Shown here piece after piece: positions 58,589-64,000 of a DNA stretch of 64,000 nt (its first letter is position 1; each line of letters opens with the position of its first letter). The translations under genes and the position numbers were made by a program. The DNA comes from a candidate division WOR-3 bacterium. Lineage in GTDB: Bacteria > Hydrothermota > Hydrothermia > LBFQ01. Below the pieces are notes generated by a model, which made no database searches, was not told the origin of the DNA, and saw nothing but the letters and a program-made list of their open reading frames with translations. Location of the stretch: the NCBI GenBank assembly GCA_027050205.1, contig JALUCS010000093.1, positions 1 to 64,000 on the forward strand. Reading direction: 5' to 3'.

Positions 58589-59364
58589 CTCTCCCCTCCC
58601 ATCTTCCGAACCATCACCTTCAGGATCCTCTGGGGGGACACCTCCACCGCCTTGAACTCCACGTCATCCACCCTCAACACCTCCCCCTCCTCCGGCATGC
58701 TCCCCAACTTCTCTATCATAAACCCCCCTACGCTCGTACTCTCGGTCTCCCCGAAGTCCACCTCAAGCAGGTCCTCCAACTCGCTTATGGGCATCTGGGC
58801 GTTTACGAGGTAACCCCCATCCGGGAGTTCCTCGTACAAGCTCTCCGGTTTGTCATGCTCCTCGTATATGTCCCCCACTATCTCCTCCACGAGGTCCTCT
58901 ATGGTGACTATCCCGATGGGGCTGCCGTACTCATCCACCACTATCCCGATGGACACCCTCCTCTTCTGCATCTCCTTCAGGGCGTTGTAGCAGCTCTGGG
59001 TAGCGGGGACGAAGAAGGGGGGCTTCATTATATCCGCAACTTTCATACGGTTCAGGTCTTTGTCCAGATGGAGCAGGACGTCTTTCATGTAAGCCACCCC
59101 TACTATATCCGCCCCCTCGGACACCCCAGAGGAACGTACAGGGTACTTGGAGTACAGATGCTCCCTGAATTTGGCGACAAGGTCCATCAGGGTGTCGTCC
59201 TCCGAGACCATCACCACGTCCACGCGGGGCCTCATAACCTCCTCCGCCGTCTTGGAGAGGAGACGATGGACACCCTTCAGGAGCTTCTCCACCTCCTTGT
59301 CCTTCTCCGCCCGTTTCTTCAGATCGTTAAGCAGCTCGTCCAGACCGTTCCTCTTGAAAAACAT
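58585..59364 (-). CDS. CBS-pair/CorC domain protein
   Basis: VMRPRVDV, VDEYG..GIVTIEDLVEEIVGDI. Confidence 0.9.
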   Translation of the reverse strand: MFFKRNGLDELLNDLKKRAEKDKEVEKLLKGVHRLLSKTAEEVMRPRVDVVMVSEDDTLMDLVAKFREHLYSKYPVRSSGVSEGADIVGVAYMKDVLLHLDKDLNRMKVADIMKPPFFVPATQSCYNALKEMQKRRVSIGIVVDEYGSPIGIVTIEDLVEEIVGDIYEEHDKPESLYEELPDGGYLVNAQMPISELEDLLEVDFGETESTSVGGFMIEKLGSMPEEGEVLRVDDVEFKAVEVSPQRILKVMVRKMGGER

Positions 59365-59941
59365 TTATCAGTCCTCCGGATATTAGGGCCTTCAGGGCGT
59401 CCTCTACGCTCATCTTGGCCTCCGACACCTTTCCCTTCCTGACCAGAAGGAGGAACCCCGTAGTGGGGTTGGGGGTGGAGGGTAGAAAGACCACGTACTC
59501 GTCTGTGGTCTCGTCCGTCACGAAGCCGAGCATCCTCTTCCCCTCCCCCACCTCTATCCACACAACCTTCCTGAAGGCCACCTTCCGCGGTATGTTATAG
59601 ACGGCGTTTATGGTGTCCTTGGCTATACGGTAGATGTGCTGGAGGACGGGGATGCTTAGGAAGATCTCGTCAAGGAAGCCGAATAGAGCCTTTCCGAGGT
59701 AGGTCGTGGCAAACCAACCTACGACGTATATGACGGCCAACATTATCAGGAGGGAGGGGACAAGGAGGACGACGTAGGGGACGGGTTCCAACACTCTGGA
59801 TAGGGGACGGGCCAGCCATCCGGCTATGAAGTTAGTAATGAAGACGACCACCCAGGCCGTCACGAACAGGGGGGCGAGAACAACCACCCCTGCTATCAGC
59901 CTCTGGCGAAACCTCAACCGCCGTTCACCGCCCTCGTTCAT
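59327..59941 (-). CDS. DUF502 membrane protein
   Basis: IPVLQHIY, VFLPSTPNPTTGF, ISGG. Confidence 0.85.
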   Translation of the reverse strand: MNEGGERRLRFRQRLIAGVVVLAPLFVTAWVVVFITNFIAGWLARPLSRVLEPVPYVVLLVPSLLIMLAVIYVVGWFATTYLGKALFGFLDEIFLSIPVLQHIYRIAKDTINAVYNIPRKVAFRKVVWIEVGEGKRMLGFVTDETTDEYVVFLPSTPNPTTGFLLLVRKGKVSEAKMSVEDALKALISGGLINVFQEERSGRAA

Positions 59942-60411
59942 ACCAGTCTAACTTTGAACAGGGGCTGCCCGTACTCCACGGGGTGGGCGTTCTCCACGAG
60001 GACCTCCTCTATTATGCCGTCCACGTCGGACTTTATCTCGTTCATTATCTTCATCGCCTCTATTATGCACACCACGTCCCCCTTCCTCACCCTGTCCCCC
60101 TCCTTGACGAAAGGCTCCGCCCCCGGCGCCGGCGCCCTGTAGAAGGTCCCCACCATAGGCGCCCGTATGTAATGGACGTTCTCCTCCTTCTCGCTCGCCT
60201 CCTCCTTAGATCCCTCGGCTTTGGGAGGTTCCGGGGATGGAGGGGGAGGGGGCGTATAGGATGGCGCCGGAGCCTCGGCGTACTTGGAGAGCTTCAGCTT
60301 GAAGTCCTTCGTGGATAGCTCCAACTTCGCTACGCCGCTCTCCTCAAACACCTTCACTATCTCCTTAAGGAGGTCCAGACTGAAGCCCCTGCCTTTCTTG
60401 GAATCGGCCAT
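59938..60411 (-). CDS. accB: Biotin carboxyl carrier protein
   Basis: PMVGTFYRAP, IIEAMKIMNEI. Confidence 0.95.
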   Translation of the reverse strand: MADSKKGRGFSLDLLKEIVKVFEESGVAKLELSTKDFKLKLSKYAEAPAPSYTPPPPPSPEPPKAEGSKEEASEKEENVHYIRAPMVGTFYRAPAPGAEPFVKEGDRVRKGDVVCIIEAMKIMNEIKSDVDGIIEEVLVENAHPVEYGQPLFKVRLV

Positions 60412-60412
60412 A

Positions 60413-60961
60413 TCAAGCCCTGCCTATGTACTCCCCCGTACGGGTATCCACCTTTACGACGTCTCCGGGGTTGATGAAGAGGGGGACCTTTATGACCTTT
60501 CCGGTCTCAAGGGTTGCGGGCTTGGAGCCTCCGCTCACGGTGTCCCCCCTTACGCCGGGAGGGGTATCTACGACCTCTAACTCCACGACCGTGGGCAGCT
60601 CCACCGTAACGGGGCGGTTGTCGGCGTAGACTATCTGGACCTCAAGACCCTCCTTGAGGTAATGGACGGCCTCCCCCAGGTCCTCGGCCGAGAAGGTTAT
60701 GTCCTCGTAGGTTTCGGCGTCAAGGAAGTGATAGAAGTCGCCGTCCCTGTAGGAGAATATGGCGGGCTTCCGCTCCACCATCACGAACTCTATGCTGTCA
60801 AGGTCCCGGATGGTGAAGGTCTGCACCCTACCCGTGTTGAGGTCCTTGAGCTTGGCGGAGACGGTGGCACCTCCACGTCCCTTGTGGATGTGCTGAAAGT
60901 CCAAGACGATGTACTCCCTACCCTCGTACCTTATGACGGAGCCAACTCGCAGACTTGCCAT
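60413..60961 (-). CDS. efp: Elongation factor P
   Basis: HKGRGGA loop, PGVRGDT, KPATLETG, VDTRTGEY. Confidence 0.95.
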   Translation of the reverse strand: MASLRVGSVIRYEGREYIVLDFQHIHKGRGGATVSAKLKDLNTGRVQTFTIRDLDSIEFVMVERKPAIFSYRDGDFYHFLDAETYEDITFSAEDLGEAVHYLKEGLEVQIVYADNRPVTVELPTVVELEVVDTPPGVRGDTVSGGSKPATLETGKVIKVPLFINPGDVVKVDTRTGEYIGRA

Positions 60962-61021
60962 TCTCCGGGAATTATACGGGAGGACACCCTACGTCGCCGT
61001 TCCCCTCTAAAATACGGGTGC

Positions 61022-63871
61022 GTGGAAAGGGTAGATAGGCTTTTCAGGATCCATCTGGCCATAACCTTCGGTTTGGTGGTCGGTACGGGAGTTTTGGTCT
61101 CCGCCGTCCTCCTCTGGAGGGGTTGGCCGTGGCTCGTACCCGCCCACATCATCCTATCGCTTGCCTTCCTCCTGTGGGTCAGGCCCTGGGACAAGAGGAG
61201 GTTCGTATGGTACCTTGAGGAGAGCAACCCCGCCCTACGGGAGAGGCTCGTATCCCTTTACGAGCTGGTGGAGAGGGGGGTATCCCACCCCTCGGTGGAG
61301 AGGCTCCGGCGGGAGGTATCCTCCCAACCCTTCGGCTATCGCCCCAACTTCCGCCTCTTCCTGCCGTTTCTAATACCCTCCGCCCTGTTCCTCCTATCCG
61401 CCCTCGTTCCCTTCCCCCACAGGCCCCCTGTCATCTTCCGCCCGAAGGCCCTAAAGGTCCTCGCCGGGGACACCCTTAAGGTCTCCGGCCTCCGGGTGGG
61501 GGATACCCTCGTAGTCCGTATCGGCGAGGGAGGGGGAAGGGAGCGGTTTACCCTCGTCATCCGTGGTGAGACCAACAGGGAGGTACCCGTGGAGGGTACG
61601 GTCAGGCTGTACGACCTCCCTCCGGGTAGATACGTCCTAAGCGTCAAGGGGAGATCCGGTAAAGGAAATCTTGAGGTCCTACCCCGTCCCGTCCTCTACG
61701 GTGTGGATGGCTACATCGTCCCCCCTCCCTACACCGGACTCGGAAAGCGTCCCCTTCAGAGGGAGAACGTAGCATACGAGTACAGCACCTTTGACAGCCT
61801 CCGGATCCGGCACAGTGGGGACAGCGCCCACTTCGTCAATCTGCCGGATACCCTGAAGGAGGACGTTGAGGTCTTCGCAGACGTCTTCCGGATGGGGGAG
61901 AGGTTCAGGTACCCCGCCTTCAAGGTCAGGGTGATAGAGGACAGGCCTCCGAGCGTAACCCTGCAGCCGACGGGGATACTGAAGACGGAGGGGGACGTAC
62001 CGGGAGTGGTGGCGGCCTACGACGACATCGCCCTTAGGGACGTAGGCCTTTACGTGTATCAGGGGGGGAGGTGGGAGAGGAGTTCCCTCGGTCTCCGGGG
62101 CCGCACCCCCAACGCCTCGTACGACGTAACCTTCCGGGGAGGGGACACCCTTAAGGCCGTAGCCTACGCTGTGGACGTCGCCGGTCAGGTCTCCCTATCC
62201 GACACCCTCATACTTCTGCCCAAGGCACCGGAGGAGGTCCTTAAGGAGAAGCTCTTAACGGAGAAGGGGGAGGAGGTTAAGGAGCTTGAGAGGAGGCTGA
62301 AGGAACTGCAGGAGGACTTGGAGGTCTCCCAGAACCTATCGGAGGGGACGAAGAGGGAGATCTCCAGCGCCATAAAGGAGACGGAGAGGACGTACAAGGA
62401 CATAAAGGAGGCCCTTGACAGGATAGCCTCCCAGATAAGGGACCCGGACCTGGCCCGCCTCGTTATGGAGGTGCAGAGGCTGTTTCAGGAGAGTATGGAC
62501 GAGGAGCTGGCCAAGGCCCTCCAAAAGCTCCAGGAGGCGATGCGGAAGATGGACCCCAAGGCCGTCGCCAAGGCCCTAAAGGACCTCCGCATGAACCAGA
62601 GGGAGTTGAGGGAGGAGCTGGAGAGGTTCAAGGCCCTCCTGAAAAGGTACGTACAGGAGAAGAGGCTCCGTGAAATGGCGGATAGGCTCCAGGACCTCGC
62701 CACCAAGCAGGCGGAGATAGAGGGTAAGAGGTCCCCCTACGAGCAGGGGAAACTCCGCCGGGAGGTTGAGGATCTAAAGCGGAAGTTGGACAGTCTCAAG
62801 GAGGCCAAGGATATAAGTAAGGAGAACCTGAAGAGACTTGAGGAGCTGATGGACAAGGCGGAGAGGAGGATGGAGGCCGCAATGAGGATGATGGAGAGCG
62901 GGGGGGACTTCCGGAGGGAGCAGAGGGAAGCCCGTAGGAACCTTGAGGAGGCCGCCCAGCTCGCCCAGAGGACGTACGAGGAGACGGTGGATAAAAGGAA
63001 GAGGGAGGTGGTGCAGACGCTTCAGGAGATAGGGGACGCCGCCGCCTTTATGGACATGCGTCTAGAGAGGGACCTAGGCGAGAAGACCCTTGAGGCGGGT
63101 AAGGCCGTATCCCTTGACATGGAGGCGAGGCTGAAGGAACTTTCCAAGAAGAGCGTCTTCGTATCCCCCAAGCTCTCCAAGATAGCCCGTCTCGTACATA
63201 ACGAGTTGGAGGCGGCTAGGCAGGAGCTGAAGAGCGGAGACAGGAAGGGGGCGGAGGCCCACGTAAAGCAGGCCCAGGCCCTCCTACGGACCCTCTCCCT
63301 TATGACTTCCTCCTCCGCCCAGGCCTGCCAGAACGCCGGGGGTTCAACGGGTATGGAGGCCTATATGAGACAGCTCGCCCGGATGGCGGGGGAACAGAAC
63401 AGCATATCCCAACAGCTCGGTAAGGGGATGACCTCCGAGCAGCTCGCCGAGATGCTCGCCCGCCAGATGGCCCTCCGCAAGGCCCTTGAGGGGTTGATAG
63501 AGGGGATGAGGAGCAGGGGCGCCCCCTCCGACGCCCTCAACCGAATGGAGGAGGCCCTAAGGGAGATGAAGGAGCTGGAGAGGCAGATGAGGTCGCCCGA
63601 CGCCCTCAAGAGGGCGGAGGAGCTGAAGAGGAGGGCGCATCGCATCACCATACGCCTCCTTGAGGCCCGCAAGGCCCTCCGACGCCAGAGGACGGAACCG
63701 AAGTACGAGGCCCAGAGGCCCAAGCCCTTCAAGGTTGAGAGGGCGCACATCAAACCCGTCATAGACAGGGAGAGGATCGTAGAGATATACCGGAGGTACC
63801 TGCGGGAGGGTAAGCTCTCCCCGGAGGAGAGGAGGCTCTACGAGAGGTACATAAGGGGGATATTAGAGTAG
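61022..63871 (+). CDS. DUF4175-like membrane-anchored coiled-coil protein
   Basis: N-terminal TMs, P.LRERL.S..E, PPPYTG, DRPP.V, AYDDIAL, long coiled coil; GTG follows TAAAAT. Confidence 0.65.
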   Translation: MERVDRLFRIHLAITFGLVVGTGVLVSAVLLWRGWPWLVPAHIILSLAFLLWVRPWDKRRFVWYLEESNPALRERLVSLYELVERGVSHPSVERLRREVSSQPFGYRPNFRLFLPFLIPSALFLLSALVPFPHRPPVIFRPKALKVLAGDTLKVSGLRVGDTLVVRIGEGGGRERFTLVIRGETNREVPVEGTVRLYDLPPGRYVLSVKGRSGKGNLEVLPRPVLYGVDGYIVPPPYTGLGKRPLQRENVAYEYSTFDSLRIRHSGDSAHFVNLPDTLKEDVEVFADVFRMGERFRYPAFKVRVIEDRPPSVTLQPTGILKTEGDVPGVVAAYDDIALRDVGLYVYQGGRWERSSLGLRGRTPNASYDVTFRGGDTLKAVAYAVDVAGQVSLSDTLILLPKAPEEVLKEKLLTEKGEEVKELERRLKELQEDLEVSQNLSEGTKREISSAIKETERTYKDIKEALDRIASQIRDPDLARLVMEVQRLFQESMDEELAKALQKLQEAMRKMDPKAVAKALKDLRMNQRELREELERFKALLKRYVQEKRLREMADRLQDLATKQAEIEGKRSPYEQGKLRREVEDLKRKLDSLKEAKDISKENLKRLEELMDKAERRMEAAMRMMESGGDFRREQREARRNLEEAAQLAQRTYEETVDKRKREVVQTLQEIGDAAAFMDMRLERDLGEKTLEAGKAVSLDMEARLKELSKKSVFVSPKLSKIARLVHNELEAARQELKSGDRKGAEAHVKQAQALLRTLSLMTSSSAQACQNAGGSTGMEAYMRQLARMAGEQNSISQQLGKGMTSEQLAEMLARQMALRKALEGLIEGMRSRGAPSDALNRMEEALREMKELERQMRSPDALKRAEELKRRAHRITIRLLEARKALRRQRTEPKYEAQRPKPFKVERAHIKPVIDRERIVEIYRRYLREGKLSPEERRLYERYIRGILE

Positions 63872-64000
63872 GTGGAGCAGGACCTCCCGGAGGGCGAGAA
63901 AGGGGGAGCCTCCGCCGGAGGCTTCCATCTGGATGGAGAGGAATAGGTAGAGGGCGTAGAGGGAGAGGAAGACCATCCCCCTCCTCCTGCCGAGGAGTTT
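63863..64000 (-). CDS. C-terminal fragment of a membrane protein, possibly a Na/Ca antiporter (partial)
   Basis: Manual translation KLLGRRRGMVFLSLYALYLFLSIQ...LL*. Confidence 0.35.
   Translation of the reverse strand, partial: KLLGRRRGMVFLSLYALYLFLSIQMEASGGGSPFLALREVLLHLL

Noticed and set aside
60662..61021. N-terminal extension of the 1069-aa ORF
   Set aside because: It overlaps efp antisense; a TAAAAT box precedes GTG 61022.

Overview
A gene-dense, GC-rich bacterial chromosomal window. AGG/ATA codon use and C-terminal sorting-type domains suggest a thermophile related to the FCB group or WOR-3; this is inference only. Housekeeping content: the 5' end of uvrA, a detached alpha operon (rpmJ-rpsM-rpsK-rpsD-rpoA-rplQ), proS, tdh, trmD, dnaE, rpmF-plsX, maeB, murB-ftsA-ftsZ-ftsX, hprK, accB, efp and five tRNAs. 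Accessory features, in order of interest: (1) five head-to-tail Uma2-like nuclease genes that are mosaics, with a hypervariable block and a junction where each stop codon doubles as a -10-like box for the next copy; (2) an island at the proS 5' end with a degenerate duplicate of the proS start, a DUF5618/HEPN-like gene flanked by direct repeats, a mosaic STAND-like NTPase-TPR gene and a nonsense-interrupted gene; (3) an orphan Csm5/RAMP-like gene divergent from an atypical DnaA-like gene; (4) a degenerate ~80-100 bp intergenic repeat family with 11/22-bp periodicity; (5) pervasive leaderless-type CCNTANAAT-N6-10-start promoters alongside an RpoA whose CTD lacks the usual UP-element-binding residues. 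No integrase, transposase, reverse transcriptase, rRNA or true CRISPR array was seen. All family calls come from motif recognition by eye; no searches were run.
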